NCBI GenBank assembly: GCA_050273025.1
Contig: CP158635.1
Coordinates: forward strand, 20,894,001 to 20,958,000
DNA: 64,000 nucleotides
Reading direction: 5' to 3'
DNA from: Cenococcum geophilum
Lineage: Eukaryota
Positions 21,409 through 33,457 of this stretch are shown in pieces. How positions within the stretch are numbered: the stretch's first letter is position 1; each line of letters begins with the position of its first letter. The position numbers were made by a program, and so were the translations under genes. Under the pieces are notes generated by a model. That model saw only the letters and a program-made list of their open reading frames with translations, was not told the DNA's origin and did no database searches.

Positions 21409-24400
21409 GGAGGTCTAGGGTATTAGGGACGAAGAGATATTAGCGGAAGTAGATCTGTCCGTTAATAATATTATATTCTAACTTATTATAATGGAGTAAT
21501 TTCCTAATCTTCTTTAGCTAATAGCGAGCTTTCTAATTATATAGGGCCGCTACTATATCTCTTACAAGTTTATTCTCCTAGTATCCTAGCCAGATTAACT
21601 TATTTAGTGACTTTTTGGCTATTTTAGGGTCTAGAGCGGCTATAAACTTTACGTTATTAGAATTACGGGACTTATATAATAATTCTTCTAAGATTATAGG
21701 GTTAACTTTCTGGGGCGGTATAACGACTTAGGCTTAGTAGCGGAGGCGTTTATTATTGGCGTCCTTAGGCCTTATTTTTAGTAGCCGGCTTAGGGCGTTA
21801 GGGAGCGTAGCTTTGCTACTAGGTCTATATATAATTATAAAGTTAAACTATAAAAGGAACTCTGCCTACTGGACTTGGCGCTAATTTAGCTACTTAGTAG
21901 TTATAAACGTCTATAGGTTCTTATAGTTAGTAATAATTTTAAACGGCTCCTTAGTCCCTTGCAGCTTAGGACGCTATTCCTTTAAAGCCTTAATAATAGC
22001 TAAGAGTTTTTTATTATAGATTTTGTAGTTATACTTTAGCGTAAAGTACTTTACGGAGAAGAATACGACCGGTCTTAATTTTCTGTTATTATTATACTGG
22101 GAAAGGACTCTGTCGGAAGCCTAATTTAATACATCTATCTCTACTACTGTTTTCTTTATATAGTTATAGTATGCTAGTACTAGTGCTAAAGTAAAGGCTC
22201 CCTTAAGGGCCTTAAACGATTTAGCTTATTCTAGTCCCTATAGCTATCCAATATCCTTCTTTAGGAGTTTTGTTATAGGTATAGCGATAGCAGAGTAGCT
22301 TTGGATAAATTGTTAGTAGAAGTTCGCAAAGCCGAGAAATTATTATAGTTCTTTAATTAATGTCGGGTCCTTCTATTTTTATAAGGCCTATACCTTCTTA
22401 GGGTCTATAGTTATGCTATTAGTTAAGATAATTAAGCCGAGGTATTTTGTTTTAGTAGAGTAAAACTTAGACTTATTAATATTAATCTAAAGTCTAGCAT
22501 TACCAAGTCTTTGGATAACTTCATTTATATACTTAGTATGCTCGGCGCGTATTTTAGAAAAGATAAGGATGTTATTAAGGTAGACAGTGCAGTAGTTATT
22601 AAGGGCGTTATATAGAATATAGTTAATATAATTCTAAAATATAGCGGGTGCGTTATAGAGGCCAAATAGTATAACTAGTATTTTATAGAGTCCGAACCGG
22701 GTAATAAATGCTATAAGCTACTTATAGCCCTTTATAATCTAGATCCGGTTAAACGCAGTAATTATATTAAGTTTAGTAAAGTACTTAGCACTATAAAGTA
22801 CGTTAAGTATCTTGCCGATTAGTAGTAGTGGGTACCAATTTTTAATAGTAACTGTGTTTAGGCCTTAGTAGTTATAGTAGATTTATATACTACCGCCGGG
22901 CTTAGCAGCGAGGAAAAGTAGTGCGGTAGCTAGTGAGGTTAATTTGCGGATAAAACCCTTATCTAGCATCTTATTAATCCACTTCTTTACACACCTAAGT
23001 TCAGCAGGTAAGAGTAGTCTATTTTTATAGTATAGGGCCTAGTTTCCGGGGATAATCTTAATTTTATGGTCCCATAGTTGGTAAGGGGGTAGCTTATCTG
23101 CGTTCTTAGGGAGGAAGTGCTTAATATATTTATAAAACTCCTTTAGTAGGCGTTATAGAATGTCTTCGCAGGTTAATCCTAGTTTGCTTTTTAGGAATTT
23201 TTTAACATTAATATTAACTATCTTCCAACGTAGAAGCTTGGGTTTAGTTTTTAGATTTATCTTAAGGAAGTTATAAAAATAGGGGGGGAGTACTTTACGG
23301 GCTTCCTTTATTATATAGTTGCCTTTTACTAGCCAGCGGAAAGACCTTTCTAATAGGTTTGGTACTTCTATTAGGCCTATAGGCAGCTCTTTAAGCAGCT
23401 ATTAGTGCTTATCTTATTTAACTAGTTCTACTAGCTTCGCTATATAGATCCTTATTACCTTTATATCTTTTTATTTATAGAACTAGGTAAAATTAATAGT
23501 ATAAGTATATTTAATATTATCTAGGTTAGGGCGTATCTAGTTCTCCGGTGCTACGGCTGGGCTAGTATAGCTTAGTCAGCCTAGGGGGGCGGAAACGAGG
23601 CGGCGGCCCTATATAGTACGCGCGGGAAACGGGTATAAGGTTAGGTATTATAGTGGCGCGGTTTCTCTTATTCGGGTCTTAGTAGTTCCATAGCCAGTCC
23701 TTATTATAACGCGAGCTGTAGTATGCGTATATAGCATATAGCTTAGTTCTAGGTATTAGGCTAGGCGGCTAGGGTTTAAATAGTACCTAAATTGGGGTTA
23801 GATTCTTAGTAGTGGCGGCATAAAGCGGACCTTCTTTCTAGGTCTCGGCAGGGCTGGCTAGCCCGTCGTTTTAGTCTTAAGTACTAAGGTAGTCCAGTCT
23901 TCCGCTATTTTATTTCTTTGCAGCTATATAGGCTCCCCTTTATTAGAAACGTCTTTTACTATTAGGGCTTTATATATAGTTCTAGGCACTAAGCTTAGTA
24001 GTGCTAAGTATCTATATAGGGCGTCCCTACTACCATTAGTTATCCCCTATAGGAGGTAGTGCCTAAAGCAGTAGTCTAAGTTAAAGCGGATCTTAAGTTT
24101 CCTAAAGCTAGGACGGGGCTTATATTTCTAAAGCTAAAGCATACCTAAGATAATTAGGGTAGTAAGCGAGAGTTTAGTAATAAAAAAGAGCATGGCTTTA
24201 GTATAAAGGCCAATTAATATTTAGGTGGTAAAGTAGTCTGTAATAAGCGAAGTTAGGATACTATCTGCGAGGCGTAGTGGCCTAGGTGCTAGCAGCTTCT
24301 TAGTTATAACGTTATACTTTCTTATAATAGACTCTATATTAATAAATGCCATTACAGTACTACCGGAGTCTATTAGGCTTACTATATTAATATAAACTTA

Positions 24401-26563
24401 GGGGTATAGGTTATATAATAAGGAGAGTTAGGTTTAAATAAGGATTAATTTCTTATTACTGTTTGCTAATCTAAGATTAAGTGGCAGCTTACTAATAAAA
24501 AAAACTAATTAATCTAGTAATAGGGACCTAATCTTCTTATCTTCCTCTTTATATAGTTTAGACCCTTAGACGCGACTTAGTCTAAGGGTTTGCCTTTTAA
24601 TAACTAGGGTATAGGGCTATCTTAGCGGGGCGGTTTAGTGTCCGTCTGGCTAGTAGTGTCGGTATTAGTCTTAGTCAGAGTATAGGAAGACAATACCTCG
24701 CCGACGATATAGCTATGCTTATATTTACTAGCGCGGAGTCGCTAATACTAGGCGTTGTTAACGGGTTAAGCTCCTATATAGGGTATAGTTTGGAGTAACT
24801 AAGCCGTAGGGTTAAAGGGGGGGGTTATCCGCTGCGGCTATAATAGGCTCTATAGTTGCCGCGTCTATAATAAACTCTACGGTCGCCATGTCTGCGGTTA
24901 TTAGTTTGCGTTATTTAGCGGGGTAGTATTAGGACTAGGTTTACTGTCTTAGTAAAGTTATAGGCGTCCTTCTAGTAGCTAGGTAGGCTATAGGTAAGGT
25001 ATAGTCTATTATTAACGCGGCGCTTATATTCCGTATCTGAGATTCCATTAAGGTCTATAGGTTCTTTAGTTATTACTAGGGTTAGGGTTAATATAGGGGC
25101 AGAGGCTTAGGTAGGTAGGCGGTAGTTAGCGTTCTTCTTAAGGTTAGCTTAGTGTGCATAGTTCGCGAGGTTCTTAGTAAATATATCTATCTGCTTATTC
25201 TAACCTATATAGTTACTGTTATTGATTTTATAGGTAAGTCTAAGTACTAGCTCTTCTATCTTTAGAGAAATAAACTTTTAGAGTAGGTCTACCTTCTATT
25301 TATCTATTTTTTTGGCGCGGACTATTAGCTTATTAAGCTCTCCCTTCCAGGACTAGTAATTACGCTCGCCCTAGGGGAAATGGTTAAGCTTATTTTTTGC
25401 GACCTAGGTCGTATTAAGGACCTCGTAGTAGGTAGTAAGGTCTTTAAGCATATCTTCCTTAGTAGGCCATTTCCATGCAGATATATTGTTTGGGTTCTTA
25501 TATATAAGCTCTAGGCCCTACTTAATAAACTTATAGGCCTTGTCCTTTAGTATATCCGAGATATAAAGGATCTGGGACTAAACTATATTAAAGTAGTCCC
25601 AGTCCCAGTTAAAGACTCCCTTAATCTTAATATGCCAGGTTTTAAAATTAGCTTATCATTCTAGCGGGGTGCCTTTTCCGCTAAATATTAGTAGGTCTTT
25701 AGATCTCCGTTTTTTCTGCTAGGTTACTACCGTTATTATAAGGGTTGATTATTTTAAAACGGCGATAGTCTCTGCCTGGGAGTTAATAGTTCCTATTTAA
25801 AAAGCGATAAGGGCACTAAGGTTTTCGTTAGCTTTTTTATTGGCGGTGTTTGTATTATATATATACTATAGTCCTATTTTAATATTATTAAGGAACTCGT
25901 TGGTATAGTTAATAAGGGTAAGGTAAGCTTTGCTAGGCTTAAAGGTTTTAGGGTATAGTAGGGAGCAGCGGATTGTCTATGTAATATTGGGGTATGTCTC
26001 TATAAAGAGGTCTATAAAAACGTCACAGGAGTTTTAGGTTTTGGCTATTTTAGCATCATTAGTGTCGCCTATATAGGCATTAGGTAAAAACTAAGGATCG
26101 TTTTAAGACTATGCTGGGGACGTATTAGTTTTAGCAGAGGCGCGTATAGGTCGCGATTGCTCTAGAGTAGAGGTTAATTGGCTAGGGTATAAGGAATTAG
26201 TGATCGCGATGGGGCGTAAATTAAAGATACTATAAACTGTTATAGTGCTGTAATAAAGTAGACTAAATAACTACATTGTGGTATAAAGAGGGGAAGAAGG
26301 TGGAAAGGGGGTATTGTATACAAATAGTAGGGCTGGCCGCTAAGTCACTAGTAGTGGGCTAGTTAACAGTAGGAAATAGTACGAGATAGTATGAAATAGT
26401 ATGCGTTAGGTTAGTGCCGTGACAGTAGAAATAGAAACAGGGATACTATAGGGTTTGCCTATATCCCCTATTTTATTTCTATTATATATACATAATATCT
26501 GCAGCCTATAGATAGAAGGAGCCTATTCCCTTAGCTATATGGACGATTTTGTAATTACGGTTA

Positions 26564-26997
26564 ACGTGATTTATAAGCCAGTGGCCTATATAAGTAAGTG
26601 GCCCACCCCACCTAATACGCGACGCGTTATTTAACAACCACCTAAATGGCACTACAATAGCAAGAGGCCCTTTTTCGAGAGGGTTGACCTAGGTGTTTAA
26701 GCCTATAAGCTAGGCTAAATTATATCCTTACGAGGTGTCGAGAGGGCATATAATAGAAGGGGGTAGTAGAGGGGGCAGCGGTAGTGGCGGAGTGACCGTA
26801 ATAGGTAGTGCGCAAGTATAGTATGTGTAAATTAGCAGAATATATAGCACGTACGTGCCCTAGACGGTAGGCAACTAGCGTGTAGATAGCTACACTAAAT
26901 ACAGTTATTTATGGTTAAATAATTGTCCTGTTTTGCGATCGCGTGTTTAGTAGGGTAGGCTACTTGCTTATGTGGGCTACTAGCTTATAGATTACGT
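26564..26997. mobile_element. Short non-autonomous pogo/Fot1-type element (MITE-like) inserted just after the LINE YMDD motif
   Basis: TA TSDs and ~45-bp TIRs acgtgatttataagccagtggcc.../...ggctactagcttatagattacgt. The LINE frame is restored on removal. Confidence 0.88.
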
Positions 26998-29197
26998 TAC
27001 TTTGAACTCAGCTAAATCTAATTGTAAAAAGCTAGAGGGAATAGCGCTAGAGCTAATGTCTAGAGCTAAAGAAGCTGCTATTAGTTTTAATATTAGTAAA
27101 ATAGAGCTTATACACTTCTATAGTAAGCGTACTACTATAGAAGAAGGGCTAAAGCTAGGAGATATAGAAATATCCCCTAAACCCCTAGTTAGGTGGCTAG
27201 GGGTATTTCTAAACTCTAAGCTTACTTTTAAACAATATATAAAAATAAAAATCTCTAAAGCAAAAACAGCCTTTTATTTAATTAGAAGACTAGGTAATAT
27301 ATAAAGAGGTCTATCTCTATAAGCTCTACGACAGCTCTATATAGCTTGCGTTACTACTATAGCAGACTATAGAATATAATGCTAGTAGAAAAGCAAATCT
27401 AGAAACTACCTACTAGCTAGGTACTAATCTCTATAAAATAAGGCCCTAAAACTAGTCTTAGGAGCGTTTAAAGGACCTCCTACGCAAGCTATAGAAATTG
27501 AGGCCTTTATCCCTCCTCCTAGAATTAGATTTAAAAAGCTTTGCAATAGCTATATATTAAGAATCCTAAAATTTAAAGAAAACCACATAATTAAGAAGGC
27601 CTATATAAAAGAGATTAATAAGGATAGGGAGGAACTAGTAACTAGTTCTAGTTCTAGTCCTAGCCCTAGAAACTCTACTATAAGACACCTTCTATAGCCA
27701 AAAACTTAACTACTATCTCTAGCTTCTAGAGTCTAGTAACTAATTTAAAATTGGAAAATAGAGAGAATCTCTCTAGATTGGCAAAAACCGTGGTCTCCCC
27801 CTATTTCTGCATTCTTTTCTATCTCTAGGGGTAGTAAAGAAGAAGCTGTATAAGAACATTTAAGACTAGTAGAAAATCTATAAGAATTCCTAGAATGGGA
27901 CCTAGTAGATATATACTATATAGACGGCTCTAAAGATAGTAAATTAAGTGTAGCGGCCGTATGTAAAATAGGGGAGAGAAATAGGATTAAATACGCAATA
28001 AATTGGAATTTAGGGCCTTATATGGAAATTATAGACGCAGAACTTTATGCAGTCTATAGGGCCCTAGAATATCTAAAACAATAAAGACTAGAAGAGAAAC
28101 AAGTTTATATCTTTATAGATAGCTAAGCAGCTATTAAAAGATTACAGCTTAATTCTCTTATAGGGGGACAAGAACTAGTCTTTAAAATTACGCAAAGCTG
28201 CTCTTATCTAGCTAGTAAGAATATCTCTATTAACTTTTATTGGGTTCCTAGCCACCTAGAAATCTATAAAAATAAAATAACAAATAAGCTAGCTAAAAAG
28301 GGCCTCTCTAAAAGAAAAATATAATCTTCTTATACATCCCTAGCCTATATAGGGAGAGCAGCAAGAGAAAAAATACTAGAATAGTGGAAAAGCAACTAGC
28401 AACAGAAAAAAAATAAAGGAAAATACTATACTAGGATCTCTAGAAGAAACTACTCTTTATCTCTTAAAGCCCTTAAGGATAAATATCCTAAAAGGTTATA
28501 ATTAGCTTTATATCAACTAAAACTAAGAAAAGGCTTCTTTAAATCCTTCTCTAAGACAATAGGGAAGGATAAAGAAGGTAGATGCTTTAAGGACTATAGA
28601 GCTATATAGACTCCTAAGCACCTATTACTAAAATGCAGACTATATAGGGGAGAGAGAAAAGAAATGTAAAGACAACTAAGCTCTTCTCTCTCCCTAGAGA
28701 AGCTCTTTTGTACAGAGAAAGGAAAAAGGGCGCTCTTCCTATTTCTAAGTAAAACAGAAATAGCTACTAGAAAGTGGCTAATAGAAGTAAAAGCTTTAGA
28801 AGGAGGTAACTTCTACTAAACTTTTAGTAAATAGATAGTAGTAAGTAAAAGGATAGAAATAAACTATAAAATGTATAGGGGCAGGTATTAGGATTTATTT
28901 ACCATTTCTTTTACTATTTTTCTACTGTTTTAATACTACCTAATAGTTATCGTAACCTAGTATTTTACTAGGGAGCGGTAAACCTCTAGTCTAGAGGTTT
29001 ATAAACTACTAGGATATAGCTACTAGTATATATTAAGCTGCCTAGAAAGGATTTATATATATAGAACTATAGCGCCATAGCCCAGAGGCTGCATACGTAG
29101 TATTGTACGTAGTATAATACAATAGATATAAAATTTTAAAATTTAAAATTTAAAAAATTTAAAAAATAAAAGTAATAGTACCGTTAGAGGTATATTA

Positions 29198-30715
29198 TAC
29201 AAAGGCGCGCGGCATTAAATTTGACCTATATTTAAGCGAGCCTCACCAAAGTAGAAATGCGCATCACGAAAAACACCTTAAATCGCGATTCAACCCCACC
29301 AAAATCTAAGTACTACCCGTGAAAATTATTTCTACCTTTGTGTTCTATAATAAGGGTATTAATAGCTGCCATTCTGGCAACGAGAGCCCTAATCTTTGCC
29401 TATGGGAGGTCATCCCACGCACCTCTCCACGCTCTATCCGTCCATTCTAGAGTATAAGGGGCACCCCATTGCTGAGTTATTTGAATCCTCATAGGCATCC
29501 AAGCTCCCTCAATAGCGTTTATATTAGGGGAGTTGCCTATATACTCTAATAACGGGATACCTTCTTTCTTAAGGAGGCGTAAAGTCCACTTACTAGAGTA
29601 TAAGGGAGCGTTATCTTACTAAAAGACGTAGCTAGGTTAATTACACTTAAATATATCCAGATTATGCCGTTATAACATAATCTCTTTATAAAAAGGAATT
29701 AAGTATGGTATAATCACCTCGTATAAGTAGCGTATATTGTCTACGCCTCCTCTACTGATGATTCTTCCAATATATCTCCCAACTGGCCCTTTTTAACGGA
29801 AATCTCTGCCCTTTAGCTGTCCACTTAGCCTCCTTATCCTTCTCTTATTGTGCAAACTCTACCTAACATTTAACTTCTAGCTCCTCCGTATTAAGTGTCT
29901 CAATCGCATCTTTATAGGTCTGCTTTTAGTTAGCAGTTTTGGGGTAATATATATAATAAGGGCCTTTTTAATCGTACGTAAAGCATCCCCAAAACATTAC
30001 TTCTAAGTAGTTATTATACTGGCGTTTAATGCAATCAGGATGATAGCGTTTATTAGGAAATCGTGATATATTCTAGTATCCTTACTTTACGAAGACAATA
30101 ATAGAAGCTTCGTCCAAGAAGATAACCATTCTCTACTCTACTAGACCCCAATCCTTTCGCGAGAGTGCTACCTTATATCTTTATACCTCCTAAATGTCCG
30201 TAAGACCTAACTTCTTTATGCTTTTAGCTCTGCGAAGGCCTCTTTCGCGGAGCTTCTTCTCAATCATACGGCGGTGGTAGTCGAAGAATCTATCCTCCTT
30301 TACGACGACGTGCCAAAGCTTCTTCCGTTGTTTCTTATTTAACGTATAACTTTCAACTAAGTTGGTAATCTCTTAAACTAAGGTTTGAGGCTTCGCACCT
30401 AATCCAGGCTTCCTAGCAACTTGCTCTTTAATCGTAGGGGTAGGGAGACCAGCTTCTTCACACTCTACCAGGAAGGCACCAACGCGCGCTCTAATCTTTT
30501 TAGCTGTGTTTATATTAATTCCAGCTCGTCGAGCAGCCTCTGCAGAATGCACGTATTGTAGGTGGGTCAAATATTCAATCTTCTGGCCTTCCGTAGGTGG
30601 TGGAGCCATAAGTTCCGTCTCAGTAATTATCTTGGTGGGGTTTGCTAAGAAAAAATTTCGCTAATAAAATACCTCGGCAAAATATGGGTCAAATTCAATG
30701 CCGCGCGCCTTCGTA
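29198..30715 (-). mobile_element. Tc1/mariner DNA transposon, transposase 30609->~29313, lightly RIP'd
   Basis: TA TSDs and ~36-bp TIRs tacaaaggcgcgcggcattaaatttgacc / ggtcaaattcaatgccgcgcgccttcgta. Motifs VIF.DEAS, QDNAP and NSP..NAIEGAW. Confidence 0.92.
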
Positions 30716-31065
30716 TAGGGAGATGTTCTATAAGCTTAATAGGGGTAGTTCTTAGTTTAAGGGATAGAAAATAGAGAGGAAGAGGCTACAGCTATATAAC
30801 GACGTATAGTACTAAATTATTATATATAAGGCTATATAATTCGTTAATATCCCGGGATTTAAAGAGTAGTTATATAGGTTTTTGAATTAAATTCAAGGCG
30901 TTATGGTGGAATAACTGTACGAAGACGCTGGTGGGTGGCCGGATGACTGGGGTAGCTGGATGACTGGGGTGGCCGGATGAATGGTGAAACACGTTATGTG
31001 AGTACATTTTTATTCGTAACGACTAAAGAAATGTCTCTTCCCTCACCACCTTTTCGTGACTCTAG

Positions 31066-32415
31066 CTACTTCGCGGCCTTAACTGCGACAACCTCATCTT
31101 CCTTCCCCAGAATATCCGGCAGCGGCCCTACAGGCGTGATACCAAGCGGGTTAATCTGCCCGTGGCTCTTCGTATAATGCTTCTTGATATGCTCCCACTG
31201 CGTAGTCTCCTTGAACGCTGGTATATCCCAATATAAGTGCCGCAGCCATTTGTGCAGTGCTGGGTACCCCGAGCGGATGTCGCGGATGTTGCACTTGAAG
31301 TGCTGGACGTAGACGGGGTCGAATCGTGCGATGGTCGTGTAGAGGCGCACATCGGCTTCGGTGATGGTAGGCGACGAGAGTAGGTAAGGCGTTGACGAGG
31401 TGACAAGGGCGTTCTCAATGCGGTCGAGAGATTTGAAGAGCTGGTGCACGGCTTTTTCGTAGGCTTCTTGCGTCCTGCAGAGTTAGGGAGCGGTTAGTTT
31501 AGTTGCGGGTAAGAGTGGAGGGCGGGGGCCGGATGGCCGGGGGGGGGGGACGTACGTTGCAAAACCAGATTTATAGACGCCGTTATTGATGTCATTATAG
31601 ACCCACTCATTCAGCTCGTCGATATCTTTCTCGAGCTTCTTGGGAAGTAGGTCAACGCTTTTGTAGGGTTCCTCGAGCAGGTCATCGAATTCGTGGTAGA
31701 GCATCCGGATGATTTCACTACTTTCATTGTTCACAATTCGATTCGTTCTCTTATCATAGAGAGTTGGGACAGTAAAACGGCCAGTGAAGTCTGGATTCTG
31801 CTCAAAGTAAATGTCGCGAAGATGCGTGAAGTTTTGGTGAACCGGATCCGGCGTGACACTTTCGCCCGGAATGTGCTCGTCAGGGGTTGCGAAACGCCAG
31901 CCTAATGTTATTCCAGTCAATTTTGGCATCTTGGAGAAGGCATTGAATAGAGGAGGTAAACCAGACCTTTATCCTCCATATGCCAATGCACTGCAGTGAA
32001 GGGGACAATGTCCTCAAGACCCTTCAACTTCCTTACAATGAGTGTGCGATGTGCTGAAACCGTCAGGAACTAAATTAATGGTATATCAGGTAGCGGAGAT
32101 AAATACCCCATGGACATGCGTAAGAAACATAGAGGTGGTATCGGTCTTTTTCGGCTGGGAACTCTGCTCCTGGCTCTTTCGAAATGAAACTTCTGAAGAC
32201 GGACTGCTGGCGCTTGAACTCGCCAGTTTTATCTTTAGGATCTACCCAATGGAGAATACTTTTCTTGTCCTAAATACAAAATGCTCAATTAACCATCTGA
32301 ACTGATATACTGGACCAGAAAAACAAACCATGCTCGCAGTGAAAGCTCTAGGAATTGTAGTGGGGATAAACAGATGATTGCCAACCAGTCGGACACGTGA
32401 AAGAATGGAGTTCAT
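31066..32415 (-). CDS. ECM4: Omega-class glutathione S-transferase / glutathionyl-hydroquinone reductase (ECM4/YqjG family), intact, 5 exons
   Basis: Exons 32415(or 32331)-32329, 32269-32107, 32053-31967, 31901-31556 and 31474-31066 with GT-AG introns. Motifs [50 protein letters not shown] and [10 protein letters not shown]. Confidence 0.95.
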
Positions 32416-32809
32416 ATACTACCAATTTGCTAGAGAGAACAGGAGAGCAGTAAGAGAGATGATGAGGATTGGAGCCCTTGAGAAAGTTGAAATGGAAGAA
32501 GGAAAAGGTCATTACTTATGTGACGGAGCTCCAAGCACCTCGGATTCAGCGGGGCGCGTTCCGCGATGCAGTTTTATCTCAGTAAGCGACTCTGACGGCA
32601 AGGGCAAACTAAAGGCGCACTCACTAATACTAAAGTATTACTAGTCTCCATCCCAAAAACGCCACTTTCTTTTAACCAATCAGGATCTACCAACCTTAAG
32701 TATTTTTTACATCGGTCCTGGCGACCCCTTTTCCTTCTCCTTAGCTTAGAATTTTCGTAATACAGCATTCGTTCAAGCTTTGACTTAGAGGTATTTGTTC
32801 GAGCCGTAA

Positions 32810-33457
32810 CAGACACTAAATTAAACTGGAATGCGTATATTACGCAGGCGACTTACAGGGGAGCAGCGGCATTTGCAGCGGTATTACGAATCGCAGTCTC
32901 GACCTAAGGACCCTTATTTAGACGCACACGACTACTATACATAGTAGTAGTAAGGCCAACAATACTATACGGCGCCTAGATCTGGAGTATAGGACTAAAC
33001 GGCAAACTAATAGTAAAAGGTTCCCTAGCGCTATTAGAGAAGCTATAAAACTAATACTTACGTAGGATTATAAGGGCCTATAAAAGGACATTATCTACTA
33101 TACTAGAACGCGAAGTAGTAGAACTACTACTAGATATATAAATAGAGGCAATTGCTATATAGAGAGTAACTATGGTATAAGGCCACCTAGTTGTTGTAGC
33201 AATTTAGTTAATTAAGGTACTAGTACGGTAATATAACGCGCATACGCCTATATAATTAGTAGTTTATAGACTAAGATATTAAGATAAAAAGTAGAAGAAG
33301 GTAGAAAAAAGGATATATCTATATATATAGAGCTAAGCCCTTAGCTAAACCCCTAACGCGAGGTGTTGATTGGGTATGGGCGTGCGATAGTTGCGCGCGG
33401 ACATACATGACGTTCTAACGTGAAGAGGAAGGATCTAAGCCTGTTTAGGTGGGGGAT
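32810..33457 (+). mobile_element. 5'-truncated LINE fragment (RT C-terminal/thumb region and 3' UTR; 3' UTR probably resumes at 53658-53690)
   Basis: DTKLNW.A.I, RLLY..VVRPT.LYGA.IW and RRI..AYKRT...LERE. Confidence 0.75.

Larger units (their letters stand above)
18111..26424 (-). mobile_element. Full-length Ty3/Gypsy chromovirus family B, RIP-inactivated (LTRs 18111-18297, 26238-26424)
   Basis: 187-bp LTR pair, TSD gtaga (18106-10 / 26425-29) and PPT next to 18298. Minus-strand protease IDSG (~24365), RT, integrase and chromodomain ending ~18665. Confidence 0.93.
16281..29161 (+). mobile_element. LINE-mobilised chimeric insertion: 1.7-kb structured non-coding 5' module (16281-~17984) fused to the 3' half of a LINE ORF2 (RT from NQLLSICKELGLP, YMDD, RNase H) with A-rich tail
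   Basis: TSD aaaaataaaa(g) at 16271-16281 / 29162-29172. LINE RT pieces 17985-18110, 26425-26563 and 26998-~28820 give GIPQGSP, SYMDD, VRWLGVFL, YIDGS and WVPSH. Confidence 0.8.
16003..30994 (+). mobile_element. Internally deleted pogo/Fot1-like DNA transposon split by nested insertions (own pieces 16003-16280, 29162-29197, 30716-30994)
   Basis: TA|acgtgttttattatt on the left and aatggtgaaacacgt|TA on the right, with subterminal gggtggccggatga repeats. The C-terminal transposase reading LVKG(C)(Q)(M)A(M)(H)SA..QKRK|QQYRQRYI|GDVLQAQQGQ is continuous across the insertions. Confidence 0.75.

Noticed and set aside
30997..31068. TAG-CTAG readthrough context at the ECM4 stop giving a cryptic PTS1
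   Set aside because: The extension would end ...NKNVLT, which is not a PTS1.
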